A DNA stretch of 62,505 bases, counting the filler, from Diploschistes diacapsis (taxonomy: Eukaryota), in NCBI GenBank assembly GCA_023645945.1. It is 12 parts of 12 records of this genome, joined end to end, with 100 filler letters (N's around TTAATTAATTAA, not from the genome) between each part and the next. Parts side by side here need not be neighbours in the genome. Positions count along the whole stretch, not along the records: positions 1 to 22,624 come from JALAIB010000278.1; 11 more parts are not named here. One strand, written 5' to 3'. The position numbers and the translations under genes are program-made. The notes below the pieces were generated by a model that had not been told where the DNA came from, ran no database searches, and saw only the letters and a program-made list of their open reading frames with translations. Positions 1-12,313 of the stretch are shown here, in pieces. Numbering within the stretch: the first letter of the stretch is position 1; each line of letters opens with the position of its first letter.

Positions 1-22
1 GGGAAGGGGAAGGGGAGGGTAC

Positions 23-77
23 CAAGGAATCCGGTGCCGCCGCAGACGACGAGCTTCTTCTTGGGGGCGGCGGACAT
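23..77 (-). CDS. COQ11: First exon of an NAD(P)-binding Rossmann-fold (epimerase/dehydratase-like) protein, probably a COQ11 ortholog; gene continues beyond the window start
   Basis: Minus strand ATG at 77 reads MSAAPKKKLVVCGGTGFL(G), a GxxGxxG nucleotide-binding motif, then a GT donor at 22-21 and a pyrimidine-rich intron. It resembles the N-terminus of fungal Coq11-like proteins (from memory); only 19 residues are visible. Confidence 0.6.
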
Positions 78-1247
78 TGCTGTGTCCTGTTCTCTGTTTC
101 TTGGGTGGGTGCTATCTTTGATTGATGAATTACTATGCGTAGGCGTTGCTTATCCACACTGCGTTAGAGGGTTTGTTTAATTAGATGTGCTTTGCGGCTT
201 CCCTTTACACAGTTACACTGGAGAAGATGTCAATGGCTCGTGATCGTGTAGATGAACGGCTTTCCAGCAATGCCGTCATCGGACGCGGATACGGGGTCTG
301 TGGAAGCAATTTTCGAACAAGGTTAGTGTTCGGGCCGATATTGATACGCTAACCCTTTAAAAGAGTAGCTCTTAGCACACCTAGTATTAGCATGACCTTA
401 GCCCTAAGGCTTAGCTACGAAGTGACCACCAGAACAAAGGTTAGCGCCGATTATGGTGCGCAGGGACCCTTTCACCACACCTTGAGCTTTTTTCTGTTAG
501 CGGCTGAAATTTCTCATGATGATATCGTTCGCGTTCGCGTTCGCGTTCACTTATATCGTGGCGCCCGTGCCGCTCTCCTCCTCGAAACCGACGCCACAGT
601 CGACCTCCTCGATGACGGTGTCTGTATCAACAAGGCATGTTCGCCAAGACCTGAACAGCCCGGGGATGGTAATTCAAGAAGGAGAAAGCTTCAGTCAGTG
701 CTAGATTTTCGCTTTTGTAGATGTGAAAAGAGGATTTTTTATGGGTTGTGCCACTCGATGTTAGACCCGTGGGTGCGTCCCTACCCCACCTAACTACCCC
801 GCATTGCGATCTGCTGACCTAAGCCCGAGTTCTTTAATTCCCTTACCTACCGAGACCCAAGAGGTCTAATAGCTGATTGGACCATTACAGATTTTCACCG
901 TGGGCCTGCAAGGCGTGTAAAGAGGCAACCGATCATGGCTAGTTATTGGACGATTGCAGATTTTCGAAGAAGCGAGCCGAAAAGTAAAGATGGGGTGGCC
1001 GCCGCCGTTGCTACGTTACCATACTACGAGGACGAATGAGATTATGTTGAAACGCCTTAAAGGCCGTGCGGGTGACTAGCACCAGCACTGCAACCCATCC
1101 TATCCCCTACTCTTGCCGGCAGATCTGCAGTTGTGAAAACGGAAATATGGTGTCAGAAGTTTGCGTCTTTTCATTATAAGTAGTCTCTAAGAGACCTGGT
1201 TTTCAAGTCGGTGGATTAGTCGATCACGCTGATTTCGTCTTCCAGCG

Positions 1248-1631
1248 ATGGACACAGACACAATCCTAAATCTGTTGGATCTTCTGGTCAACCTTCTCCT
1301 CGGCCTGGCCCCTGCGCTTGTTGCTCTCCTGAGCCTATGGAACTTTTACCAAGAACGCCAACGGAGGATCGGAGCCAGCCAAGGTGACCCCATATCAGAC
1401 GGTGTTGGCTGCCGTAGAGACTTAGGTCTGCCAGCAACAGAGCCCCAGGCCCAGCAGCAGCAACAACAACAACAACAACAACAGCACCGAATGCTCGCAC
1501 AACAGCGACGGACAATGCATCCAAGTCCCCAACCCAGCGTTGTGACACAAAAAGCCGTCGGCGCCGCAAGGTCGAGTTCTCCACCTTTGGAAAGCCGTGG
1601 CATCCACCGTTCGAAGTCGGAGGCGGCCTGA
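1248..1631 (+). CDS. Hypothetical small single-pass membrane protein with poly-Gln tract
   Basis: 127-aa ATG ORF. N-terminal hydrophobic helix (ILNLLDLLVNLLLGLAPALVALLSLW) followed by basic residues (QERQRR); CAG/CAA repeat encodes Q10; TATA-like ATTATAAG at ~1172. Confidence 0.55.
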   Translation: MDTDTILNLLDLLVNLLLGLAPALVALLSLWNFYQERQRRIGASQGDPISDGVGCRRDLGLPATEPQAQQQQQQQQQQQHRMLAQQRRTMHPSPQPSVVTQKAVGAARSSSPPLESRGIHRSKSEAA

Positions 1632-2170
1632 CCAAGACAGGTACGATTGGCATCATCCCGTTCGGGTTGTAGTAATTCACAGACGGTTCAGGGTCGACTT
1701 CATCGTGGCCGCTCGCTTTTAATCTTATAGGGCCTAGTCTCTTACGTATCGCTTGAATCTTGATCCAGGAAGATCAAAAAGAAAGACGGGAAACCCCATG
1801 CCTTCATCGGGAAGGAGTTAGAACGAGCGAGCTGGTCCGAGCCTTTGGGGTTGGTCGCTTGGTCCATGGTACACATCACGGAACGAAGCGTACTCGATTT
1901 TATTTGAAACTAGCTAGCTTACATAACGAAAAGTCATCTGACGTACTTGACCACCCAGATGAATGACCACGGTGTAATACCCCGTATAAAACTGTGCATA
2001 ACTCGAATAAATATCATATCTAGTGGCGAAATACGATTAATCCAGTAAAACTTTGCTTGTATGTATAGCCAAAAGGACGTGAGGTGAGCTAAGCAAGCCT
2101 CAGGTTGCGCCACAAAAGCAGGATGTATGTAGGTAATAATATGTGGCTTGAAAGGTAGGAAGCATAAGGC

Positions 2171-2234
2171 TGACTCACACGACTCACTCACACGACTCAC
2201 GACTCACGACTTACGATTCATACGGACTTATGAT
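2171..2234 (+). repeat. Degenerate (GACTCAC)n minisatellite, intergenic
   Basis: tgactcacac gactcactca cacgactcac gactcacgac ttacgattca tacggactta tgatt. Confidence 0.75.
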
Positions 2235-3005
2235 TTCTCTGATAAAACAATTGAACAAGGACATAACTATGAGGCAACTTGAAGGTAGAAAACAGTACAA
2301 GCGTTAGATCATGTTTTTATTCATTGTTGCAATCGATAAAGCTCCGATCCTGGCATCTAGCATCCAGCCTAGGCAATAAACGAAAGATTCTTAGCGTAAT
2401 TTCAGGAGTGAAAGCGAATTGTTAGTACAGTCGAATTTCCATGGTACTGAATGGTATGGTACGGTACTAGAGTACGTTCGAGCTGCACTTGCCGTTCACT
2501 TGGGGATTCAGACACTACTTTCAAGTCCTAGGGCACTGGCTGAAGCCTGAACCTTCACCTGCAGCCTACCATGGGTCTCCACGTCTCCAGCATGTGCAAA
2601 GAACAAGCGCATTTCTTTATAGCTGGACCATTGGGTACTGAATCCAGTGCAGCATCAGATGCCAAGATGTGCTCTCTGAAGCGAATAGCAATTAGGAAAT
2701 GCAAAAAGCCGCAAATTTGCATCAGTCCAATGGTACTAACACTCCAACAGGCTCTGTGGATCATTATGGATACAGAACCCTGCCGAGTGCAGAGTTATTT
2801 CACCGTCGAGAAATAATAGCAGTAGCTTGAGCCTGAGATAGGCTCTTATCATTTCCCCTGAATATCCATCTGTCTCGGAACCAATAGCGGGTATCGCTTG
2901 ATATCTTGCTGCATTTGATCTGATCGCCTACTTCTCGCCCTACTGTCAATACTTTACCTTGACTCGTCGTGTTGGAGCTCTATACTTTCATCTCCGTTAC
3001 CCAAC

Positions 3006-3685
3006 ATGCAGCTCACCCAACCTCTCGTTCTTTTTGGGACTCTCGCTGTGACGGCCCTGGCGTTTCCACATGTGCCCACGTTTGGCTCTTTGACGTGAGT
3101 CGTACTCAAGCTTTAAAGAAAACCACGATACCTCTCTGCTGGAAGGGCCAGACATGTAGTGTTGGTTATGCTAAGATGCGTTTAGAGGACGAGACACGTC
3201 GAAGCTACCCAAGACAAATGATTCATCGGCAAAGGGAGCCGCTTGGGGTAGCTGTCCTAGGAATCTCCCGATCTGTGGGGATATAGGTAGGTAGCTTCTC
3301 TCTACTCCTCTTCCTCTTCCCGAAACGACATCATCTATGGCCGGCCCCGGTTTTCTCCCTCCTAACGCAGTCGATGGAATCCCCAAGCGCACACCGCCAA
3401 AGGCGAAGCTTGTTCCTTTGAGACGGCAAAGCGGCTAATCACGGTCCAGAGTGCAAACCGGCTTCCCTCCCATGGCGCCCACAATCCCTGCTGGGAAACT
3501 GCACGGTAGGAGAGTGGGCAGGCTGCCCTTGCGAGAGGTGCCCCCAACACCTGCCCATCTGCAGCAAACAAGACTGCCTCGGAAATCGTCTTCTGCCTCC
3601 TACAGTCGAAGCACACCGTACCGGAAGTCCGGTTGAATTTGGCGCTTGCTCCACCGGCATATGGAAGGGATGCGGCTGCTGGTAG
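3006..3685 (+). CDS. Small secreted cysteine-rich protein, 141 aa, two 6-Cys repeats (3 exons: 3006-3094, 3186-3286, 3450-3685)
   Basis: Signal peptide MQLTQPLVLFGTLAVTALA-FP. Introns are GTGAGT..GCTAAG..TTTAG and GTAGGT..GCTAAT..CCAG, with phases that keep the frame. Mature part is CPRNLPICGDIEC...GNCTVGEWAGCPC then CPQHLPICSKQDC...GACSTGIWKGCGCW*. Not in the ORF track. Confidence 0.85.
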
Positions 3686-4598
3686 GTGTGTGCTAAGTTC
3701 GGCAAGGCCATACAAAAAACCTGGCCGGCAGAAATCAAAAGCGATTACGAGAGGGGTGCACGGAAGCCCGGCGTTAGCGGGCCAAGGCTTGGTTTTTGGG
3801 CTCATAAGGGTTCCGTTCCAGACCACAAGCGGTGGAAAACAGGCTCGTTCATGTATGGGAAAAGTTATGGCAAAGCTGGTTTGAAATCAAAAAAAGTGTA
3901 ATTTGTAAACTCCTTTGAAAGACTCGAGTTTTCTATATAGTACAAGATTGAGATTATTAAACGCTTGACTGGGTTAAAAGTAGGTAGCGCAAAGGTCCCC
4001 CGACCGCCGGGACATGCGAAGAAGCTGCCATACAGAAAGACGTTACCGCAGAAACTGGTCGACCCGGCACGCGGTTGCATTGGCTCCAAGCCAACGATTT
4101 AGATACTTTGCAAAAGTAAAAAGATTGGTAAGTTACAACTCTCCCGTCAATAGTTAATAATAATGAAACGTGCGTGAGTTCTTTGTATAGATTAAAGAGT
4201 CTTAACAACTGACCTACGCGCTCAGGAACCTGGCTCAGAGCGCCGTAAGCACTCAAGTTGACCAATTGGATTAGCGACAAAGCGAGAAGGCCGGATTGGG
4301 ACAAGATGCAACCTCCACTATCTGTTCGCTTTTTACGAGATTTGCAGTCGCGTCCAGGAACCTTCGGCAGCATCCTGGTCACTGGGCACCGGCTAGCCTG
4401 GCGCTATGGTTCGTTTGGGGGAAGACTCGAGATCTCTGCGTTGTATAACACCCCTTGGAGCTGCAGGACTGCTCCCGCTCCTGCACGGCCCAGACTTCAC
4501 AAGGACATGGGTGACACGCGAGGGACAGAGCTTCTTTAAACAGGTGATCCTCGCAATTGCTCGCGGTCTTTGCCCTCTCTTCTCCCATCACGCCAATC

Positions 4599-5351
4599 AT
4601 GCGCGTCCTGCTCTTTGCACTGGAATTGGCCGTCGCCGGAATCAGCCAAGTAGTTCATGCCGCCGGCGGAACCTCAATCCCCATCGCCCTCTACACCGAC
4701 ATCCACTGCGATACACCAAGTACGCTGCATCCAAACGCCTCTCTCTCCCTTGGTGTCTGCGCCGTGACTCCAGGTCTCGGCTCCATAAGTCTGCCTGCCT
4801 ACCCGTGCACCAGCGGTGACGTCCATGTCTGGGCCTTTGCCGATACCTCCTGCGGCAACCAGGATGACATTTTCAGCCTCGGCAACGACTGCGACGGTCG
4901 CGCAAACCCTGGAGCCTATGCTGCTATCATGCTGAACTGTGACTCCAATTCGCCGGGCACGCCGACAGCCACCACGACGATAGACGTCGGCCCCATTGCA
5001 ACTGGAGGCGCGGCTGCTTCTCTCACTCCGGGCGCTGGAGGATCCTCAGCAATTGGAGGCCCAGCTCCTTCTGTCACTCCGGGCGCTGGAGGATCTCCAG
5101 CCAGCCCAAGCAGCTTTTCTTCCTCCTCCAACATCTCTAATGGCTGGTACGCCCTGAGTCAAGCCGCGAGGATTGGCATTATCGTGGGAAGCGTTGTGGT
5201 GTTCCTGGCGTTAGCCTCTTTCGGTGGGAGAAAAGGCTACCAGCAATATTATCGAGCGCCGGTGCCGCGCGAAGAAGCAGTGACAATGGTGCATGAGCGC
5301 TTCTATTCGAAACAGGTGCAAGTCGGACATGGCGGAATGGTGGTGCTATAG
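4599..5351 (+). CDS. Type I membrane / cell-surface protein (signal peptide, Cys-containing ectodomain, Ser/Gly/Thr stalk, one TM helix)
   Basis: ATG at 4599 (MRVLLFALELAVAGISQVVHA); 6 Cys in the ectodomain; duplicated TPGAGGS unit; TM IGIIVGSVVVFLALASF followed by GGRKG. Confidence 0.75.
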   Translation: MRVLLFALELAVAGISQVVHAAGGTSIPIALYTDIHCDTPSTLHPNASLSLGVCAVTPGLGSISLPAYPCTSGDVHVWAFADTSCGNQDDIFSLGNDCDGRANPGAYAAIMLNCDSNSPGTPTATTTIDVGPIATGGAAASLTPGAGGSSAIGGPAPSVTPGAGGSPASPSSFSSSSNISNGWYALSQAARIGIIVGSVVVFLALASFGGRKGYQQYYRAPVPREEAVTMVHERFYSKQVQVGHGGMVVL

Positions 5352-6447
5352 GAAACACAATTGAGGTACGCTCGTATGAAGCAATATATAACAATACGAT
5401 GAACAATGGAGGCGGCGGTGGTGCATCGACGGATGGGATGCTATGTGGAAATCGGGCTCATGCGATCAATCTTATTGCAATGTCAAATGAATATTCCGTC
5501 GGTACAAGACGAATATCTGATCGTGTCTCGAGTTTTCACCGCTGCTGTGGAGGATGCAGGTTCATGTAGAGTGGGATCGAAGCAGTCTATACCGGCGTTT
5601 TATGAGTTCCTATATGCCAAAGCGTAGTCTTTGACACACCTCAAAGCTTCATTCATCGTCTGCCTCTTTGAGCAGCAATGTCGATGATCTTCATCCCTTT
5701 TTTACTCAGCATGAATATATATTATACGGAACCTCTGTGCTCGGTAAGGAGAATGGTTATTGCGGCAGCAGCAGCGGGGGCTGGACGTACGTACCATACT
5801 GCTTCATTCCAAAACTTCATCTGACCTCGCGGCGGCCGAGCAATGTCCATTTTCACTCCAATTCTGCCAAATATCGAACGTCTATCCTCTGTTAATCGGT
5901 ACGAACGACTAACAATCTAACATTTTGAGTGCTCGGCACTGCCGTTAAGAGAGAATAAATGGTCCTCACATCAAAGGCTCTCCTCCGTAGCATCGAGACA
6001 AGAAGTGAGGCCTACATGCGAGAGCTTCAGGAAGTCGACTTCTCAACATTCTGTGCACAAGATAGATACTACACGTGCTGGGGCAGGACAGCCAGCACTG
6101 GATGAACAAAACATGACGCACAATCGAACATATCCAATAGTTAAGTAGAGTTTCATGCTTGTTCACTGCACTAAGATAGTACTGAACTCACTATGCATAT
6201 ATAGTGTACTCTTCCTCTCTTTAACCATGGCGTTTTGATTTCCGTTTGAGTTGATCTTACTTGTACTCAGTTTCGTTGAATAAACTGGATTTCGAGCTCC
6301 AGCCAGTTGTGCCAGCGAGGTGAATGCAACATCCAAAGCATATTCGACAGACTGGAGTGCACATTTTGGGCTAGGGAACTATTTAATCTGCTCTAGTTTC
6401 CTCTTGCTAATGCTCCAGTACATGGCCGTCTGCCCATTTCTGCTTCG

Positions 6448-8297
6448 ATGCAGGCCTGCCCTGCCATAGGTGGTATTGATGGATACAGGATTTATTGGAC
6501 AGATATGAAGCCTTTCTACGCAGTTGCTTCGGTTAACCCATATGCTGCTCTTGACGAGGACGTATCCTCCCTAACGATGGAGTCTGAACCTCAAGTAAAG
6601 GATGGATCTTCACCTAAGAAGACGCATGATCCTAAGAGGGAGGATATATGTGGAGATAAGGAACGGATTACCAGTCAAGGTGAAGTAGTAGACGAGCCTT
6701 ATAGAGTCACTTCTGAGATGCAAGAAAAGGGTGGACGGTATTCGAATGCAGAGCAAGAACATGGAAATTATCATACATCATGGATCACCGTTACAATGAA
6801 GAGACAGGGCAATAATAAGCTCGGACAAAGGCCTTGCAAGATCGAGAAGCAAATGAAAAAGCAACAAAGTAAAAAGCACAAGATCTATACTATATTATCC
6901 AAGCTAATCCATTTATAGTACGTCCTGGCTCCGTCTTTCACGATACAAGGCGCAAAATTCCACACGACTCATCGTTGCCGGGGCCAGGACGTGCAAGCAA
7001 AGCCGCGTCCAACGTTATAAATTCGAACCTCCGAAACGACTCCATGAACAAGACTCATTCGCTTCATGAGACTGCAGCTCAGAATCTCAAAACGCCTGGT
7101 ATCCAATCTTCCTCCCTGCATATCCTAACCGAATGCAAGGCAGCCGACACTATGGATCCCAAAGGCAAGCAATATAACGATAGAGCTGATAAACACGCTG
7201 CAAGCTCAAGGACTACCACAATGGCTCCCGATGTATATGTTACGAATACTGCGTGCTTCTCAAGTGTTAACAAAGAGACGGCTGTATCTAATCATCAGAC
7301 ACATATCGTTCCCAGACCTGGTATGGCTATATCTGGTCCTTTCATTCCAACCAAGACATACAACGCCGCCCACATACTCCAAATCAGCACTCCTGCGGAC
7401 CTCTTTGTCCCTACTACGGCTCTGTCTCAAAAGGAACCTGGTGGTACTGCTACCACCCCTCTTATCACACCCGTGATGCCCCTTGGCCCCGTCCCCAGTC
7501 CTGTCAAAAGCTACGCAAGCGCCCATGAGAATACGAACCAAGGCCCGGTCAATGCCCACGCCGTCCCTTCCTTGAACCGGAGTGTGAATCAAAATGAAAC
7601 TCCGGGCAACAGCAAGCTAACTACCGAGACCTCGACTACTAATATACAGGGAGCTGTTCTCTTCGACCCAAGTATATCCAGTCATCTCCTGCAAGATTTG
7701 ATCCAGGCTGATAGCATGACAAAAGGTCAACCTTCTGCGTTCCAACCTGACAGCGATTGGGAACCTCTCTACGAGCCCACGGCTGCAACCTCGTCTGCCC
7801 CCCTCGGCGGATTCGCTACGCACAGTCCCAACACCTCAACACCAGCCTTCCTTTCGTCTTTCCCCTGGTCCATAACCAACTCCTCCCTCCCTCAAACCCC
7901 CGCAGAATGGGCAATCACCCTGGCCCACCAGAAACTCTGCATGGACAATGTCATCAAGTTGCTCACATCTTCTCAAATACGAAACTACAGCGCCCTCCAG
8001 CATTCTCTTAAGCAGATCGAAACCCTCCTCGATACTGCGCAAGGTTTGAGCGGCGCTGGTTTCGTCTTGCGGGAGCAGCAGCTCAAGCAGGCTCTTGGCG
8101 ACACGCGGGCGCAGCTGGATGCCGCAATGGCGTTCGTGGAGAGCGACGTGGAGATGTGGAAGAGGGCGGAGGGAGATAACGAGGCAAGCAAGGGGGTTGA
8201 GGGTCTGCTTGAGAAGTTCGAGGGAGACGAGAGGGAGAGAATTCTGGAGAGGATTCCGGAGGGGATAGAGGGGACAGAGGGAGGTGAGATCAAGTGA
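6448..8297 (+). CDS. Hypothetical low-complexity protein with C-terminal helical/coiled-coil region (at least 2 exons; 5' end uncertain)
   Basis: ORFs 6448-6918 and 6975-8297 join in frame via a 50-nt intron 6869-6918 (GTAAAA..GCTAAT..TAG). A further acceptor at 6418 suggests an upstream exon that I could not resolve. Confidence 0.6.
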
Positions 8298-9290
8298 GGT
8301 GGGAGGGGGACAAAGTGGTCTGGCAGGAACGCGAGCGCGAGCGTGAGCGTGACCGTCGGCTTTCAACCTTGGGCCATGGGAACGAGGAAGAAGGGGAAAG
8401 GAGGGGTGGACATTTGGTGCGACATATGGAAGACAAAGGGCCCAGCGAAGGGAGGGGCGGGGGGAATAGGAAGAGAGATAGCCCCCTGACTCGAGCTTGG
8501 CATGTAGAAGCAAGATTGGCGTGCAATGAAATGTCCGAAAGGTTGGAAGAAGTTTGTGCTGGGGATCATATGCTGCGATGTTCATCCCAAGGCTGCGCTC
8601 TCTCGTTAGATTGACTGTAAATATGCTTTGCTTTCCCTTTTTTTGTTCCTGCGGCAAAGGAGGGGTTGGAAAAGTGCGGGAAGCAAAAGGGGGGGGGGGC
8701 CCAAGGCAAGCCTGGGAAATGGTGACCGTGCCTTTGACTTTTGCGCGCCAGCCGGTCTGCCGCCGGTGTGGGAAGTGGTGGCTGAACCGTTGATATCGAG
8801 GCATCACAAACACCCATAGGCTGCCAACGTAGAGCGGGCCCACACACACACCCAAAACGCTAGATACATCTGACCTGGCAAAAAACCCAACCCCCCGTGG
8901 ATCTATCCCGGATAACTTCTCCAGCATCACCACCAGCAGCACGAACGAGCATGAGCCGTAGCAAGGGAAAATATCATTACAAAGGCGTCTAAGATAGGAT
9001 AGAAATTAAAATAGCCCCAAGTCAAAAACACCCATCAAGGAAAACCGGACGCCTCGTTCGAGTTGTTGGGAACACGTGTACTCGACCAATCGTGTGATCA
9101 CGCTATCTAGATAACCCATAACCGCGCCGCCCCCCCCCCCTCAACCCAAGGGCAAACAAGGACATGGAAGCTTGACTAACACGTAAATCAGAAGCTCAGT
9201 GAGACATATCCGGGCGGGTGTTGTCGATGTAAGAACGGCATGGGGTGGACACTCTTTTGGCTGTGGGCGCTTCAGGAAGTGCAGGCATGC

Positions 9291-11712
9291 TTAGCTCTTA
9301 GCCTTCTTCGGTTTTCTAGCGCTGCTGGCCTCGGACTCTTGCGCTTCGAGGGCGCGCTTCGATGGCTTGGGCGTGCGCTTGGAGGAAGGGCCGTCTGTGG
9401 TCGTCTCCTTGGCCTCGTTGGCTGGTTTGGGAGTCTCGACGGCTCCGCTGGCGGCTCTGACGGCCTTCTTGTCCTTCTTGGGCTTGGGGGCCTTGGACTC
9501 TTTCTTCTCCTTTTTGGGCTTGGAGGCTTTGGCTTCCTGCTTCCCACTAACCTTCTGCTGCTCTTCAGCCTTTTCGGCAGTCTTCTCTCCCTCAACAGCC
9601 TTCTTTTCTTTCTTTCTACTAGCCTTGTCTTCCATCTTTCCAGCAGTCTTCTCTCCCTCCTCAACAGCCTTCTTTTCTTTCTTTTCTTTCTTTTTACTAG
9701 CCTTGTCTTCCTTCTTTCCAGCAGCCTCCTTATCCTTGTCCTTGCTCTTTTTCGTCGTGACTTCCTCGCTGACGGTAATCACACCGTCCTTGGCATCTTC
9801 CGTCACAACAACAAATTTTCCCTCCACCTCTTCGCCTTTAACCGCTTCAGCTTCCTTCGGCGCCTCAAGCTTCTTGTCCTTCACGTTTCTCTCCTTTATT
9901 GGCACGCTCTCCGTTCCCAGCAAAGCTGGCATATTCACATCGTACCCCATGATTTCCTTTACCTTCTCTGCCTTCAGCTTCCTCCGCTTCCTCTCGTTTT
10001 CCACCCTCTTGTCCCACACCGTCACCCCCTGGGGCAGCTCTAGCTTACGTCCCTCGATCCTCGCCCACGGCACGGCCTTGAATCTCTTATCGGCTCCTGC
10101 CCAGAGGTTCGGATGGACTTGCTCCTTTGGAACAACGCTGCATTTCAGAATGTGACCGAACAGCAGGTAATTGTTCATGGTGTCGGCAGCGATTTTGGCG
10201 ACTTCTGAGGACGCAAACTCGAGGAATGCATAGTGCTTGGACCTCCCAGTCTTTTTGGAGCGGGACAGGCGCACGTGGTTCAGAGGGCCGAACTGCGTGA
10301 AGTAGGCGCGCATTTGGTGCTCGTGGAAGCCGTGCGGGATGCGGCTATACATGAAGCGTTAGATGACATATGAATGGCAGAACAGACAAATGGTAGAACT
10401 CTCACCCAACGTAAATGACTCCCGGCTCGTTTGTGCTCCGCGCGTCCTTCAGAGTCTCGCTCAGACCCTTCCTCCTTGGAAGCTTAGGTACGGGTTTGCC
10501 CTCCTTGAAGCCTTCGTCTCCGGAGTCTTTGTCATCTTCTCCATCACTCTCGAAGCCCCGGATGAGATTGGCAGTTTGGTCGTCTGGTTCCCATTCATCC
10601 TCTTCCTCTACGCTCACGATAGCGACGGCAGTGGTGTCCTCAGCCCTGTCTTCTGTCATTGCCGCATTTGCTCGTTCCTTTCCCTTGGTGCCTGTAGTCT
10701 TGCCTTTGACCTTTTCCTTCTCCTGGGCTTTAGTCTCAACAGCGTCTTCTGCTACGCCTACAACATCATCAGCGATAGACTTTCCGCCTACTGCCTCGCC
10801 GATGGTGTTCAGGAACGTAGTCACACGGTCGCTGATCGACTCGACAACCTTCTCAGTGGCGCTTTTGCCTTTCTTCTGCTTCTTTTTGGATGCCACCGGC
10901 GCGGCCTCAGCGACCTCGACGGTATCGGAAGGAGCGGCGTCCTCGGCGGCCTTGCGCTTTTTACCTTTCGCTTTGTTTTCCGCAGCAGCTTGACCCATAA
11001 TAGCGGCTTCACCTTTCTTGAACGCGGTAGCAGCTGTATCTTTTGCGGCTTCGAGAAGGTTCATAGCACCCTCTTCGATGCTTGGCATATCGCTAGCCTT
11101 GCTTTTCTTCGGCGCGGATTTCTTTGCAGCCGGTTTCTCTTTGGGAAAACTAACTCCTTCAGCTACAGCGACGTCTTTCTCCTCGTTCTTCGTTGCCTTG
11201 GCAGCCTTGCCCTTCGCAACCTTTCTCCCGGCCGTAGAAGTCTCCTCGCTGTTTGCAACCCCTTTATCTTTCCCTTTCTTCTTCGCGGCAATCACATGGC
11301 CCTCGTACTCGACCTCGGCATGAACGTCGGCGGGAGCGGCAGTACCGCTTACCTTTTCGCTCTTTGTAGCGGCGGTTTTCCTCTTCTTGCTAGGCTTCCC
11401 TACCGGCGCGTCACCGGCCGTGACAGCCGCATCCTCTGTGGCATTGACGCGCTTGCGCGATTTCTTCACGGGTGCATCTGCTTTGATGGTGCTGTCTGCA
11501 ACCTTGATAGTGTCATCAATGGTAGCTTTAGGAGCGGATGGAGCTTGGGGTTCCTGTGACGCATCTTGCGATGTGTTTTTGCGGCTCTTGGACGGAGCTA
11601 CAAAAAAAGAACCGTAGTTAGTGCATGAATGGAGGAGTAGAGCGCGCGCAGGGAATGCAGCACATGGTGTTAAGCTACCTTTAGCTGCCTTGTCTTTCTT
11701 TACAGAAGGCAT
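9291..11712 (-). CDS. NOP15: Nucleolar RRM protein Nop15/NIFK (60S biogenesis); exons 11712-11679, 11597-10406, 10344-9291
   Basis: Spliced GVIYVG|RIPHGFHEHQMRAYFTQFG...RLSRSKKTGRSKHYAFLEF...IAADTMNNYLLFGHILKC is the Nop15 RRM. Canonical introns (81 nt and 61 nt); Lys/Glu/Ala-rich N- and C-terminal tails. Confidence 0.92.
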
Positions 11713-12313
11713 GTTTGGACCAGTTTGTGTGGGTGATTGAGTGACGCTTGGGTTATTTTCGTGGAGAGGTGTGTAGTGTTTAAAAGCGGAGATAAATCGT
11801 AGAACGCTTATTGGCGTTTTGGCGCTTACCTCTTGGTCTTTAACAGAAGATACCTTACCAAGGCAGGCGATGTTAAGAATAATTTACAGATCGAGTGCCT
11901 CTTTCCACCACTTTAGGCCCACACAAGGGCTCAAGAGATGCTTCAGATCATTTGCAAAACAAATTTGAGAGTTCTGGGGAGAGGTTCAAGTGGCTCAGGC
12001 CTGTTATGTACTTGTCCTGACCTGAAGCATCCCTGAAGCTCTTGTATGGACATATGGAAAGTGGTGGAGGATGCAACAGTCGCTCCTTCTCCTTCGTTGT
12101 GTGTTTTTGTGATTGGGACGGGTCATTTATAAGAGCTTTGGTGTGCGCAAAGTGATACATGTATGGCTTATGCCTCTGCAAGCTCATCCTAATACTTAGG
12201 CTCAGCATAGCAGTCATTACTAGTAGCCATTGTAGCTCACTTTCGTTTCTTCCTGCTTCTCTTTCGCCTCTTCCAGCTCCTCTTTCGCCTCTTCCAGCTT
12301 CTCTTCGCCTATC

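Noticed and set aside
340..450. CCCTAA/TTAG-like words suggesting telomeric repeats
   Set aside because: Scattered and not tandem.
392..793. Overlapping small ORFs around a (GCGTTC)n repeat
   Set aside because: The hydrophobic or alternating peptide comes from the microsatellite; no other coding support.
7836..8942. 368-aa minus-strand ORF
   Set aside because: Non-ATG start, overlaps the plus-strand gene, crosses a G homopolymer, and has no domain features.
9240..11617. Long plus-strand ORFs (9240-10043, 9367-10155, 10363-11559) with hydrophobic translations
   Set aside because: Antisense shadows of the Lys/Glu-rich NOP15 gene.
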